From the NCBI GenBank assembly GCA_963768855.1, contig CAVYJM010000008.1, forward strand, positions 1 through 64,000: 64,000 bases of DNA. The letters run 5' to 3'. Origin of the DNA: an uncultured Thermoplasmata archaeon. GTDB lineage: Archaea; Thermoplasmatota; Thermoplasmata; RBG-16-68-12. Of the stretch, positions 27,731-38,218 are shown one piece after another; position 1 is the first letter of the stretch; every line of letters begins with the position of its first letter. The position numbers and the translations under genes were made by a program. The notes beneath the pieces are model-generated. The model was not told the DNA's origin. It saw only the letters and a program-made list of their open reading frames with translations, and did no database searches.

Positions 27731-27995
27731 GATTACATCTGCCGGTTCGACGGAGATCGTCGTCCTCCGTCTCGAACGACCGTCCAACAAGCGACCAGAA
27801 GCCGCTCACGATGTGGCGAAATCAGCGGCATGGATAAAACGGAGGGGGCCCGCCCCTGGCGGAGCGGGCGTTAGCGGAAAGGTGCCACAGGTCCGAAATT
27901 CAATCCGGCCTCATTGAGGGCCGTTCTGGAGGAACCGTTCGCATCCTCGCAGGTCCGTACTCGTCGATGGAAAGCCGAACCACGATCTCGCAACG

Positions 27996-28289
27996 TCAGC
28001 GAGCACGTCGCTTCCTGCGGAGGGCGCCGAACCTCGCAGCGGCTCGCGATCGTGCACGCGCTGTTTCCGCTTCGCGGCTTCGAGGGGCGGCACTGGTCAC
28101 CAACGAATGCAGCAAGACCCGAGCCGTCGCAGTCACTTCTTCGACCGCGCGATCGAACGCCGCCTCGTTGGCTGACGAGGGTTTGTTGAAACCCGAGATC
28201 TTCCTCACGAACTGGAGCGAGGCTCCCCTGATTTCATCGTCGGTAGCGGGCGGGTCGAAGTTGAACAGGACCTTGATGTTCCGGCACAT
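27996..28289 (-). CDS. DUF2277 family protein
   Basis: MCRNIKVLFNFDPPATDDEIRGASLQFVRKISGFNKPS.ANEAAF. Confidence 0.9.
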   Translation of the reverse strand: MCRNIKVLFNFDPPATDDEIRGASLQFVRKISGFNKPSSANEAAFDRAVEEVTATARVLLHSLVTSAAPRSREAETARARSRAAARFGALRRKRRAR

Positions 28290-28367
28290 GCGCTTCCCTC
28301 CCAGGTGGGCGACGGAAGCCGCCTCCGGGGTTTAACCATATCCTCATGTGACTTCGAGATCGCTAGG

Positions 28368-28565
28368 TCACCCGGCACCCTCGGCCCCGAGGTACTCCGG
28401 GCACACGCAGACGAGCGCGAAGTTGCAGGGACCGGTTCCGTCCCGATGCTCCTTTCGCGCGTGCGAGCAGGAGGGCCGGCGACAATAGTCCCCTTCGGTG
28501 GCCTTCGCCTGATCGGACTGGACCTTCTGATGGAGGAAGAGCTGCTCAGGGGTTCCCAGATTCAT
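28368..28565 (-). CDS. Small Cys/His-rich putative metal-binding protein
   Basis: CRRPSCSHARKEH..PC..CVCP motif in 65 aa. Confidence 0.5.
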   Translation of the reverse strand: MNLGTPEQLFLHQKVQSDQAKATEGDYCRRPSCSHARKEHRDGTGPCNFALVCVCPEYLGAEGAG

Positions 28566-28707
28566 AGCATGCTCCAGATTTACGGCCGGCCGAACCACAA
28601 GCCGCGACGAGGCACGTCCCCGTCCACCTGGAGCCGAAGGACGAGGAGATTGAAGCGTTTTGCTCCCGTCGGCGCCGTGACGGACATTCGGTCCGCGGCG
28701 GATACGG

Positions 28708-28962
28708 ATGCGAAGTCTTTATGCCGAGACGCATTGCAGGGGATGGTGGTCCTCCACGGCTCCCGACCCGCAGCCCGACCCGCTCACGTGGCCCGCCGGC
28801 TGGGTCCGGTGCGCGTGGTGCAAGAAGATCGCCTTGTACGGCTCGCCGGATATCATCCAAGTGAAGAGGAAGCGGGGCACGGTCTTCATGCACGCAAGGT
28901 GCGCCCACGAGGCCGAGCTCCACGACTGGGGCAACGCGCCGCCCATGCATGGAGCCGATTGA
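28708..28962 (+). CDS. Small putative zinc-finger protein
   Basis: CAWC..HARC (LIM/PARP-finger-like CxxC..HxxC). Confidence 0.5.
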   Translation: MRSLYAETHCRGWWSSTAPDPQPDPLTWPAGWVRCAWCKKIALYGSPDIIQVKRKRGTVFMHARCAHEAELHDWGNAPPMHGAD

Positions 28963-28974
28963 GACGCATCGGGC

Positions 28975-30606
28975 TTAGGCAGGGAGATCGCCGGGTGGCG
29001 GGCGGTAGTTCGCGTACTGCTCGCGCAGAGTGAGCTTGGAGAACTTGCCCGTCGCGGTTCGCGCGATCTCCTTCGTGAACACAATCGCGTCGGGGAGCCA
29101 CCACTTCGCGAAGTTCGGTTCCAGGTATGCGCGCAGTTCGTCCGCGGAGACCTGCGCCCCCTCCTTCGCCACGATGACCGCGAGGGGGCGTTCGCCCCAC
29201 TTCTCGTTCGCCATGGCGATGACCGCGGCCTCCTTGACGGCAGGGTGGCCCATCAACGCGTTCTCCAGGTCCACGGAGCTGATCCACTCGCCGCCGGACT
29301 TGATCAGGTCCTTCGTGCGGTCCACGATCTTCACGTAGCCTTCCGAATCAATCGTCACGACGTCCCCGGTCCGGAACCAACCGTCCTCCGTCCAGCGATC
29401 TTGGGCTTCGGGCATGCGGTAGTATCTCGCCGCGACCCACGGGCCCCGGATCTGGAGTTCGCCGAGCGCCTTTCCGTCCCACGGAGCGGGACCCGACTCG
29501 CCGATCGCGCGGATCTCGACGAACGGGGCGGGGAAGCCCTGCTTCGCGCGGATCTCGTACCGCTCCCTCTCCGGGAGGTCCTCGAGGTGGTGCTTCAGCG
29601 CGCTCACCGTGCCGAGGGGCGTCGTCTCCGTCATCCCCCAGGCGTGGACGACCTTGAGGCCCAGCTTGTCGAACCCGCGAATCATCGCTTCCGGAGCGGC
29701 GGAGCCGCCCACGAGCATCCGCATGCCGGGGGTGAGCCGCCAGCGGTTCGGGTTCTTGTTCAGGGCGTCCAAGATCCCCATCCAGATCGTCGGGACGCCG
29801 GCGGTCACCGTGACCCGCTCCCGCTCGAAGAGGTCGAGGAGGCTCTCCGGGTCGAGGTGTGGACCTGGGTACACCTGTTTCGCCCCAATCATCGTGGAGA
29901 TGAACGGGATGCCCCAGGCGTTCACGTGGAACATGGGGACGACCGCGAGGACCGAGTCGGTCTCGGCGATCCCGATGCCACCCGGCAACGCCCCGACGAG
30001 CGAGTGCAGCACGAGGGCGCGGTGTGAATAGAGGACGCCCTTCGGCCTCCCCGTGGTGCCCGAGGTGTAGCAGAGGCCCGCTGCGTCGTCCTCCGCGAGG
30101 GCCGGGGCGGTGAATCGTCCGGTCGCGGTCTTCAGGAAGCCCTCGTAGCTCTCGAGCCCCTCCGGCACCGGCTTCCCGGTGAGGGGTGCAACGAAGACGC
30201 GCTCGAACTTCACACGGTCCTTCACCCGATCGAGGATCGGGAGGAGCGTGTCGTCGATAATCAGGAAGCGGTCCTCCGCATGATTCAGGATGTAGGCCAG
30301 ATCGTTCGGATGCAGGCGGAGATTCACCGTGTGCAGGACGCCGCCCGCGGCGGGCACGCCGAAGTAGGCCTCCAGGTGCACATAGTGGTTCCACATCAGC
30401 GTGGCGACGCGGTCACCCGGTTGGAGGCCCGCTTTCTGGAGGGCCTCCGCGAGCGCCCGGGCGCGGCGGTAGAAGTCCGCATAGGTGTAGCGGTGGAGGG
30501 ATTTGTCCGGGAGCCTCGAGACGATCTCGGAGCGCCCGAATAGGGCGCCTGCGTGATCGAGGATGTGCGGGAGCGTGAGCGGGAAATCCATCATCGTGCC
30601 CTTCAT
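28975..30606 (-). CDS. Long/medium-chain fatty-acid-CoA ligase (AMP-binding)
   Basis: YTSGTTGRPKGV, PMFHVNAWG, WGMTET, WFRTGD, DRTKDLIKSGGEWI, TATGKFSK. Confidence 0.95.
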   Translation of the reverse strand: MKGTMMDFPLTLPHILDHAGALFGRSEIVSRLPDKSLHRYTYADFYRRARALAEALQKAGLQPGDRVATLMWNHYVHLEAYFGVPAAGGVLHTVNLRLHPNDLAYILNHAEDRFLIIDDTLLPILDRVKDRVKFERVFVAPLTGKPVPEGLESYEGFLKTATGRFTAPALAEDDAAGLCYTSGTTGRPKGVLYSHRALVLHSLVGALPGGIGIAETDSVLAVVPMFHVNAWGIPFISTMIGAKQVYPGPHLDPESLLDLFERERVTVTAGVPTIWMGILDALNKNPNRWRLTPGMRMLVGGSAAPEAMIRGFDKLGLKVVHAWGMTETTPLGTVSALKHHLEDLPERERYEIRAKQGFPAPFVEIRAIGESGPAPWDGKALGELQIRGPWVAARYYRMPEAQDRWTEDGWFRTGDVVTIDSEGYVKIVDRTKDLIKSGGEWISSVDLENALMGHPAVKEAAVIAMANEKWGERPLAVIVAKEGAQVSADELRAYLEPNFAKWWLPDAIVFTKEIARTATGKFSKLTLREQYANYRPPPGDLPA

Positions 30607-30862
30607 CGCACCGCCTCCTGCCCGCCTTGGGGCGATGCGCGACGAGTCCACCCGCTAGCCTGCCCTGGCCTTCCCCGAGAGCCCACGGCTCTTCCCCTCG
30701 CCCGCCGCTATCGAAACGGCGGTATAAACGGGTTGTTCCAGACGATCCCGCGGTCCAGCAGCCGGAAGCCGACCCCGATCACCCTTCGCGCCCATTATCA
30801 GCGGCGGAATTCATGCCAGCGGGTTCATGGGCGCGGGGCGCGACGCGGGGAATGGAGCCGCC

Positions 30863-31198
30863 ATGGACTACGGATACCTCTCCGGCGCCATCCTCGGCAC
30901 GGCCGCAGGGGGCTTCCTCGGCGTTGTGCTGTTCTACATCTACGTCCAGATTCGACGGACCCCGATGGAACTTTTGCAGCTCCGCGTATTCCAGAGTGTG
31001 AAAATCCTGGAACGAGCCCTGCTCTGTCTGGGCATCGGCCTGGTCGGCGGAGTGTTCCTGCTCCTCCCGGTGCTCCTGCAGATCCCGATCCCCCAGCTGG
31101 TCTATGTGGTAGCGGGTCTGCCTTTCTTCGCCCTATTCGTCTACGGCCTGGCGATGCTCGTCCGGACGTTCCGTTTCCCGACACGACCTCTCCCGTGA
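30863..31198 (+). CDS. Small three-TM membrane protein
   Basis: Three hydrophobic segments; ATG at 30863. Confidence 0.7.
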   Translation: MDYGYLSGAILGTAAGGFLGVVLFYIYVQIRRTPMELLQLRVFQSVKILERALLCLGIGLVGGVFLLLPVLLQIPIPQLVYVVAGLPFFALFVYGLAMLVRTFRFPTRPLP

Positions 31199-31257
31199 CC
31201 GAACCCCCCGCACGCAGACGCGTGGGCTTAAGGTCGAGACGGGCTTCTGCGGGATAC

Positions 31258-32334
31258 ATGCAATTCGATCGGTTCGACCTCCTCGCCCGCGTGCTCGAGG
31301 GGCATGACCACGCCCGGTATGACCTCTCCAGCAGCGACATGCCCGGCTGCCGCCTCTCCGAGGTTGGCGGCCTCGGTGACTGCTCCCTCGCGGAGAACCA
31401 CGTCGGCGGCGGAGAGCCGCTGCGGGCCGAGCTCGCCCGTATCTACGGCGGCCATGTCGAGGACTACATCGTGACGGCGGGCGCAAGCGAGGCGAACTTC
31501 GCCGTGTGCGCGGCCCTCGTGAGCCCGGGAGATCGCGTCCTCGTCGAGCGGCCCACCTACCAACCGCTGGAGACCATCCCGCGCGGACTGGGAGCCGCGG
31601 TCACCCGGCTTCCGCGGAAGGAGGCGGATGGCTATCGGCTGACCTGTGACGATGTGCGCTCGGTTCTTCCAGAGGGTCTGCGGCTCCTCATCCTGACGAA
31701 CCTGAACAACCCGACGGGGGTCGCCCTCGACCCGAAGGATGTGCAAGGGATCGCGGATCTCGCGGCCGAGCGGGGATTCTACGTGCTCGTGGACGAGATC
31801 TTCCGCGAGCTCGCGTTCGGTGCAGAGACCCCCACGATGGGAGGCCTCAACGAACACACAATCGTGACCTCCAGCGTGTCCAAGTTCTATGGCGCGGGCG
31901 GCCTGAAGATTGGCTGGATCCGGGCGGCCGCGCCGGTACGCGCCAGGATCCAGTCCGTCCTCGATTATCTGTCCGGAACCCCCGCGGGGCCTTCGGAGAG
32001 GATCGCGCTCGCGCTCCTCCGGGACCGGGCGAAGACCGTGGATCGGAACCGACGCCTGATCGAAGACGGGCGGAAGGCTGCGCGCGAGTGGGCATCCTCG
32101 GAACCGGACCTCGCGTGGCAGGAACCGGTCGCGCATCTCACGTTCCCAGGGGTGGGAGGCGACACCGCGCGGCTGGCCGAGATCCTGCTTCGCGAGTACG
32201 ACACGTTCATCGCGCCAGGGGAGAGCTTCGAGCTGCCCGGGCACTTCCGCCTCAACATCGGCACCGGCGCGGAGCCACTCCGAGAGGGACTGGCCCGGTT
32301 CTCGAAGGCGCGCGCGGCTCTGAAGCAGAGATAG
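31258..32334 (+). CDS. PLP-dependent aminotransferase class I/II
   Basis: NLNNPTG, VDEIFRE, SSVSKFYGAGGLKIGW, PGESF..HFRL. Confidence 0.92.
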   Translation: MQFDRFDLLARVLEGHDHARYDLSSSDMPGCRLSEVGGLGDCSLAENHVGGGEPLRAELARIYGGHVEDYIVTAGASEANFAVCAALVSPGDRVLVERPTYQPLETIPRGLGAAVTRLPRKEADGYRLTCDDVRSVLPEGLRLLILTNLNNPTGVALDPKDVQGIADLAAERGFYVLVDEIFRELAFGAETPTMGGLNEHTIVTSSVSKFYGAGGLKIGWIRAAAPVRARIQSVLDYLSGTPAGPSERIALALLRDRAKTVDRNRRLIEDGRKAAREWASSEPDLAWQEPVAHLTFPGVGGDTARLAEILLREYDTFIAPGESFELPGHFRLNIGTGAEPLREGLARFSKARAALKQR

Positions 32335-32400
32335 CGCGCCCATCCGAGCGGAATCTCCTCGGCCCGTTCGCGCACGGGTGTTGGCATTGCTTCGGTGCGC

Positions 32401-32880
32401 TCACGCCACGGCGGTCGGAATCGGTGAACCAGGCGCCTGGGTGTGGGCTTTCGCGGGACGGACCCGCCCGTGGAGGGTCGGGCGTGACCGCGCGGCGACT
32501 TGCGGGAGCGGGCGGAGCATGCGACGGACGGCGAAGTAGGCGGGCGCCACGATTGCGCCGCCCACGGCCGAGAAGCCCGAGTTGGAGCCGAGCGAGCGGG
32601 TCACGAGGACGACTCCACGGAGGGCCGGCGTAAGGCCGATCGTCGACGTGAACGTGGAGAGGGATTGGAGCAGCCATAGCGGGAGCACGCCGCGGACCGT
32701 CACGAGCACCTGGAGGACGGACGTTTGGACGATGGAGCTCTGCTCGAGGCTGAGGACGCGATCTCGAAGGCCGAGGGTGTAGTACGCAAAGAACAGGGCG
32801 GTCGTCTCTGCGCCGATGACCAGCGCGGCGAGCACTCGGCCTCGGGGCACGCTCCTCCGCATGGGACCCGGAAGAACCAC
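32401..32880 (-). CDS. Hypothetical membrane protein
   Basis: Hydrophobic segments; it fills the gap between convergent genes. The start is uncertain. Confidence 0.5.
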   Translation of the reverse strand: MVLPGPMRRSVPRGRVLAALVIGAETTALFFAYYTLGLRDRVLSLEQSSIVQTSVLQVLVTVRGVLPLWLLQSLSTFTSTIGLTPALRGVVLVTRSLGSNSGFSAVGGAIVAPAYFAVRRMLRPLPQVAARSRPTLHGRVRPAKAHTQAPGSPIPTAVA

Positions 32881-32936
32881 CTCGCTGGCGTTAATGCTCC
32901 TTTCGACCGCAGCGGGCGCTCAGCGGACAGAAGGGT

Positions 32937-35900
32937 TCAGTGAGTCTCGAACCGGGGCAGGATGACCGTGAAGGTCGATCCTTTGCCGACTTCCGACACC
33001 GCCTCGATCTTGCCGCCATGGGCCACGACGATGCTTCGGCTGGTCGCGAGCCCAATCGGCCCGCTGTCGGTGTGCGGCGCTGCGCCATAAAGGGGGTGGA
33101 AGAGCTGTTGGAGGACCTCGGGCGACATCCCGGTCCCCGTGTCCTCGACGGACGCGAAGAGGAAGCCGGGCAATTCGGTGAGGCGGACCGTCACACTCCC
33201 TCGGGCCGTCGCCTGCAGGGCGTTCCGGAGGAGGTTGACAAAGACGTCCCGCATCTGGACCGTGTCGATGTTCGCGAACGCGGCGTGGTCTCCGGTCTCG
33301 ACGCGGAGCGATACCTCGGGCTTCCGGAGGGGGCCGACCTGCTCGACCGCCGCGGCGATGACGGCCCGGATGTCCTCCGGAACGCGCCGGAGGGAGGGCT
33401 GCCTCGGGACGTCCACGAGGTCCGTGATGATCGCGGTGGCCTTCCTGCGCTGTTCGCCGATCGCCTCGAGCTTCTGGAGGATCTCCGGGTCCTTCTCGCG
33501 GCGGGCAATGTTCGCGGCGAGCAGGGAGATGTTCGTGAGGGGCGTGTTCACCTCGTGGGCCACGTAGGCGGCGAGCTGACCCATCGAGGCGAGCCGATCG
33601 TTCTCCACGAGGACTTTCTCGATCCGGTTGCGCTCGACCGCACTCGCGACCACGTTCGCAATCGCGGTGCAGAAGCTGATGTCGTCCGGGGAGAACGCCC
33701 GCGGGTTGGTGGAATGGGCGCTCAGGATGCCGAACGGGCCCATGGAGCCGGAGATGACGATTGTGATCCCGCTCGAAAGGTTCCGGTCGGTGAAGAGCGC
33801 TGGGACCTTGAATCGCGTCTCGGTGGACGCGTTCTCCATGATCACCGGGGCTGCTCTGGTGAGCGTGTACGCGGCAAGGCTCTCTCCGGGGTCGTTCGCG
33901 ATCCGCGTGCCCAGGGGCAGGTCCCAACCCACCTTCGCCCGGATTCCGAACGCGGTGCGGTCCGCGTTGAGCTCGAGGATGGACGCGTACTCGACCCCGA
34001 GCGTGCGGGTCAGGGTCGTGAGCGTCTCGTTCATGAGGGTCGTGAGCCGCGGCTCCGCGAGGGCTTTCTGTCCCAGGGCGGCGACCGCGGCCTGCTGGCG
34101 GGCGCGGGCTTCGAGATCGTGCCGAGCCTGGACCCGATCCGTAACATCGGCGGTCACCCCGACGAACCCGATGATCGCGTCCGTACTGTCTCGGATGGCC
34201 GTGACCGCCACGGAGGCCGAAAAGCGGGTTCCGTCCTTGCGAGCCATTCTCCTCTCTCCTTCCCAATGACCCGCCTCGCGTATGAGCCGGGCAGCGCCTT
34301 CGAAATCTTCCCGCGCTTCCGGCGAGATGATGAACTCGCTGAGCGACTTGCCTCGGACCTCCGGGAACTTCCAACCGTACATCGTCGTCGCGTAGTCGTT
34401 CCAGTACATGATGCGGAAGTCCGCGTCCGTGGCGATGACCCCGTTCCTCACCTGATTCAGGAGGGACGCCTGGAACCGAATCTGCTCGAGCGCCTCGTTG
34501 CGCTCCGTGATGTCTCGATAGTTGAATACGACCGCGTGAAGATCCGGATCTTCGAGCAGGTTGGTCCCGACGATCTCGGTCCACCTCCACGAGCCGTCCG
34601 CGTGACGAATCCGGACCTCGGCCACGACGCTCTTCGACGGTGAGGCCATGAGGTCGGCAAATCCCACCGCAATTTGGGCGAAATCATCCGGATGAACGAA
34701 CTTGAGGCCGGAGTTCCCCACGACCTCTTCAGATGCATGACCGAACATGCGGAGCGCCGACGGGCTCTGCCAGGTGACCATCCCGTCGGGGCCGACGAGG
34801 CTGATCCCGTCGCTGATCTTCGAGATGAGAGTTTGGAACCTCCGCGCATCCGCCTCGCGCGCCTCGAGCGCCTCCTTCTCCTGGGTCACATCTTCAATCA
34901 TCGCGAGCGCTGCGTCCGGCTGCGTGCCGCGCGTGCTGAGCACGGTGACCGTGACGCGGCCCCAGAAGATTCGGCCGTCTTTCCGGACATAACGCCTCAT
35001 GACCTGGTAACGCGTGCGAGCCCCGTGGGCGACTTCCTCGAACAAGCCCAGGGTCGGCTTGACATCGTCCGGGTGCGTCACCTGGGTGATGTGCATGCCT
35101 CGGAGCTCGTCCGGACCGTACCCCAACATGCGCTGGAATTCAGGGTTCGTTTCGCGGAAGTGTCCGTCGAGGTCTTCAAGCGCCACGCCGACCGGCGCGT
35201 CGAGGAACACGGTCCGGAAGCGCATCTCCGCGTTCCGTAGAGCTTCGTCCGCCCGCTTGCGGTCAATGGCCAGTGCGACCTGGGCCGAGACCATCGACAG
35301 GATCTCTTTCTCGGCCTCTGTGTAGCGCGTCGTGTCCGTGTAACTCTGCACCGCGAGTACGCCGAAGGGCCGACCCCCGACGGTCAATGGGACTCCGAGC
35401 CAGTCCACCCCCTCCACGCCGACCTTTTCGACTTCCCCCTTCTCCGTGAGCCCCACAAGGGACTCGGGCGTCACGAGCAGGGGATTGCCCGAGCGCAGCA
35501 CGTACTCCGTCAGCCCTCGGCCCGCCTTGTACGGGGCGGGGGGACTCTCCTTCGCATCGATGAAGTAGGGGAAGGTCAGGGTGTCGGTGGCCGGATCATG
35601 GAGTGCGATGTAGAGGTTCTCCGCGGGCATCAGGCTCGCGACCGTTCGATGGATCAGACGGAAGAGCTCCGGAAGGCCCTGGGCCATGGACGTGGCCTCC
35701 GAGATCTCGTACATGGCCGCCCGCAGCCGTTCCGTCCGGCGCTCCTTCGTGACGTCCCGGAGAATCGTGAGCAGGCACGGTTCGCCCTCGATATCGACGG
35801 ACTCGACCGAGGCGACGCCAATCCGGACGTCGCCCGACTTAGTCCGGAACGGGACCTCGAGATCCCGGATCGACCCCTTCTGGCGCACCTCGCGCTCGAT

Positions 35901-36545
35901 CCACTCCGAGGTCGTCGGATCAATCAGGACCGGGACCTCTACCGACGTCCGCCCGATGAGCTCCTCGCGGGCGTACCCGACCAGATTCAGGTACGCGTCG
36001 TTCGCTTCGATGAACCGTCCCTCGCCCCGCGTGACAAGGCTGAACCCGACCGGGCTCGCGCGGAAGGCCTTGCGGAACCGTTCCTCGCTCTCACCGAGCG
36101 CTTTCTTCTGCTCCTTCAGGCTGCGCCGCGCCCGCGCGGCCCGTATCTGGGCCTCGACCTCCGACGGGAGGAGCTCGTTGTACCGCGCCGTCTTGACGAG
36201 GTACCCGGCGGCACCCGAGGCGAGGGCGCGGACCGCGGTCTGCTCCTGGCCAACCGCCACGACGAGGATCTTCGGGACCTCGGGAATGCGCTCCGCGAGG
36301 ACGGAGAGGACCTCGAGGGCCGGCATGTCCTTGACCTTGAAATCGAGGACGATCGCCGCGAAGGGCTGAGACAGCGCGGCCCGCAAGCCCTCGCGGGCCG
36401 TCCCCGTGATCGTGACCCGGTATCCCTTGCGCCCCAGGGCCATCGTGCTGAGCGCCTGATGTTCCTCGTTCGGGTCGATGACGAGGACCGCGGGCTCCTT
36501 GGTCGAGGGCGACTCCTTCGCGTCCTTCGAGGTGACGAGGGCCAT
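32937..36545 (-). CDS. Hybrid sensor histidine kinase REC-PAS-GAF-PAS-PAS-PAS-GAF-HisKA-HATPase
   Basis: REC (IVLDFK..GYLVK), repeated PAS ends (RDVT/EDVT/RDIT/ADVT), AHEVNTPL, NLLRNALQA, VEDTGTGM, GKGSTF. Confidence 0.93.
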   Translation of the reverse strand: MALVTSKDAKESPSTKEPAVLVIDPNEEHQALSTMALGRKGYRVTITGTAREGLRAALSQPFAAIVLDFKVKDMPALEVLSVLAERIPEVPKILVVAVGQEQTAVRALASGAAGYLVKTARYNELLPSEVEAQIRAARARRSLKEQKKALGESEERFRKAFRASPVGFSLVTRGEGRFIEANDAYLNLVGYAREELIGRTSVEVPVLIDPTTSEWIEREVRQKGSIRDLEVPFRTKSGDVRIGVASVESVDIEGEPCLLTILRDVTKERRTERLRAAMYEISEATSMAQGLPELFRLIHRTVASLMPAENLYIALHDPATDTLTFPYFIDAKESPPAPYKAGRGLTEYVLRSGNPLLVTPESLVGLTEKGEVEKVGVEGVDWLGVPLTVGGRPFGVLAVQSYTDTTRYTEAEKEILSMVSAQVALAIDRKRADEALRNAEMRFRTVFLDAPVGVALEDLDGHFRETNPEFQRMLGYGPDELRGMHITQVTHPDDVKPTLGLFEEVAHGARTRYQVMRRYVRKDGRIFWGRVTVTVLSTRGTQPDAALAMIEDVTQEKEALEAREADARRFQTLISKISDGISLVGPDGMVTWQSPSALRMFGHASEEVVGNSGLKFVHPDDFAQIAVGFADLMASPSKSVVAEVRIRHADGSWRWTEIVGTNLLEDPDLHAVVFNYRDITERNEALEQIRFQASLLNQVRNGVIATDADFRIMYWNDYATTMYGWKFPEVRGKSLSEFIISPEAREDFEGAARLIREAGHWEGERRMARKDGTRFSASVAVTAIRDSTDAIIGFVGVTADVTDRVQARHDLEARARQQAAVAALGQKALAEPRLTTLMNETLTTLTRTLGVEYASILELNADRTAFGIRAKVGWDLPLGTRIANDPGESLAAYTLTRAAPVIMENASTETRFKVPALFTDRNLSSGITIVISGSMGPFGILSAHSTNPRAFSPDDISFCTAIANVVASAVERNRIEKVLVENDRLASMGQLAAYVAHEVNTPLTNISLLAANIARREKDPEILQKLEAIGEQRRKATAIITDLVDVPRQPSLRRVPEDIRAVIAAAVEQVGPLRKPEVSLRVETGDHAAFANIDTVQMRDVFVNLLRNALQATARGSVTVRLTELPGFLFASVEDTGTGMSPEVLQQLFHPLYGAAPHTDSGPIGLATSRSIVVAHGGKIEAVSEVGKGSTFTVILPRFETH

Positions 36546-36678
36546 ACTCTGACATCCTTTCCGCCGGCTGAGGCGCGGATTCGAGGCTCCCGGAGCGCCT
36601 TAAAGGCTATGTCATGGGAAATGGACCGTTTCCGTGTCACGCTCTATCACGGGACAGGGAGTGGCCGAACTTCGCCCC

Positions 36679-37380
36679 CTAGTGGAGCGGGTTCAAAGGA
36701 AGGGCAAAGCGGATCCGAGATCGGGGTCCGTCCACGCTGATCCGTGCGCGGTCGGTGGTCAACTCTTCGAGCAACGGATGGACGCCCTCGGATTCGAGCA
36801 GCGCGAGGAAGGCTTGGAGCCGGTCGGGCTTCCCCTTCTCGCAGACCTTCTCGAAGCGCAGCCAGGCCGCCGTGACATGGAATCGGCGGCCCGCGCGAGT
36901 CTCACGGATCCGGATCGCGCCGATCTTCCGAAGGCGGGCTAGGGATCTCTCGAGGATGCCCGAATCGGGGACGACCTGCCGGCCCAGGGTCGAACGGAGG
37001 AGTCCCGGGTGGTCGCGGATGATCTCCAGGACGCGTCGATCGAGCGGGTCCTGCCAGACCGCCAGGAAGGGCTCGGCCGCGGCGGGGAACGCGCCCGGGA
37101 GGAAGAGGAGGACCCGGTTCCCGAGCCGCCGCGTCCGCAGCAACCCATGGCCCGCGAGCCGCTGGACATGGAAGCGGAGCGAGGGAAGCGGCGAGAGCAG
37201 GAGGCGGGAGGCGGACCGAAGGTGGACCCCGGGGTAGGCAGCGGCCGTCAGGACGATCTCCAGACGGCGGGGGTTCAGCAGCCAGGACGGCCCAGGCCGG
37301 CGGCTGGGCTGCTCGAGCTTGACGGCTTCGAGTCCCAGGGCCCGCTGGAGTCCTCGCGCAAACCCGGAGGGCGTCGCCAC
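36679..37380 (-). CDS. Tandem winged-helix transcriptional regulator-like protein
   Basis: Two HTH-like blocks (YPGVHLRS..LRFHVQRL..GLL; HPGLLRSTL..LERSLARL..GAI). Confidence 0.75.
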   Translation of the reverse strand: MATPSGFARGLQRALGLEAVKLEQPSRRPGPSWLLNPRRLEIVLTAAAYPGVHLRSASRLLLSPLPSLRFHVQRLAGHGLLRTRRLGNRVLLFLPGAFPAAAEPFLAVWQDPLDRRVLEIIRDHPGLLRSTLGRQVVPDSGILERSLARLRKIGAIRIRETRAGRRFHVTAAWLRFEKVCEKGKPDRLQAFLALLESEGVHPLLEELTTDRARISVDGPRSRIRFALPLNPLH

Positions 37381-37417
37381 GAGGGGGGAATACCTCCGTC
37401 CCTCAAGAGGCTTTGAG

Positions 37418-38218
37418 TCACCACCCGTGGGGGAACGCGGGCTCGACCCGCAGCCCGAGCGCCTCCCCGAGGCGCATCAGCTTGGCCTCCGCGCCTTCGA
37501 AGTATCGAGGATCCTCGTGGGACGCGAGGAACGCGTCCTCGAGCCCGGTCGCGAGGGCCTCGGGGGCCACACGCTCCGCGACGCCAGGCCGGTACCGGAG
37601 GCGGTCGAACATCACATGGCGCGTCCCGGTGGCCGCGATCGAACGCAGGAGCGGCTCCGCGGTCGCCTCGGTCGTGGAGGGCAGAATCGGGCCGACAAAG
37701 GCCCAGGTCCGGATTCCGGCGTCGTTCAGCCGGCGAAGCGTCTCGATGCGCCGCTCGGACGGGCTCGCGAGGGGTTCAAACCGCCGTCGAAGCACGTCGT
37801 CCAGGGTGGTGACCGTCACACCGACCTCGACATCCGCCAGGCGGTTCAGCACATCCAGGTCCTTCAGCACGAGGCTCGACTTCGTCTGGATGCTGACCGG
37901 GAACGCGAAGCGCGCGAGCTGTTCCAGGCAGTACCGCGTGAGGCGGTACCGCGCCTCCAGCGGCTGGTACCCGTCCGTCACCGTGCCGATCCCGACGACG
38001 CCCCTCGGCTTACGCTTCAGCTCCCGTGCCAAGACCGCCGGGATATTCCGCTTCACGTCGACGAATCGGCCCCACGGCCGGACCTCGCGAAGGACCGCGG
38101 GGGAGTAGCAGTAGACGCACCCGATCGAACAGCCCCGGTACGGATTGAGCGCATAGTCGAGCCCGGGCAGCGAGGAAGGCGAGAGCGCCGTCGAGCAGGA
38201 GACCTCGCGGACCTTCAT
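37418..38218 (-). CDS. Radical SAM protein, spore-photoproduct-lyase-like (COG1533/Rv2578c type)
   Basis: [39 protein letters not shown]. Confidence 0.92.
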   Translation of the reverse strand: MKVREVSCSTALSPSSLPGLDYALNPYRGCSIGCVYCYSPAVLREVRPWGRFVDVKRNIPAVLARELKRKPRGVVGIGTVTDGYQPLEARYRLTRYCLEQLARFAFPVSIQTKSSLVLKDLDVLNRLADVEVGVTVTTLDDVLRRRFEPLASPSERRIETLRRLNDAGIRTWAFVGPILPSTTEATAEPLLRSIAATGTRHVMFDRLRYRPGVAERVAPEALATGLEDAFLASHEDPRYFEGAEAKLMRLGEALGLRVEPAFPHGW

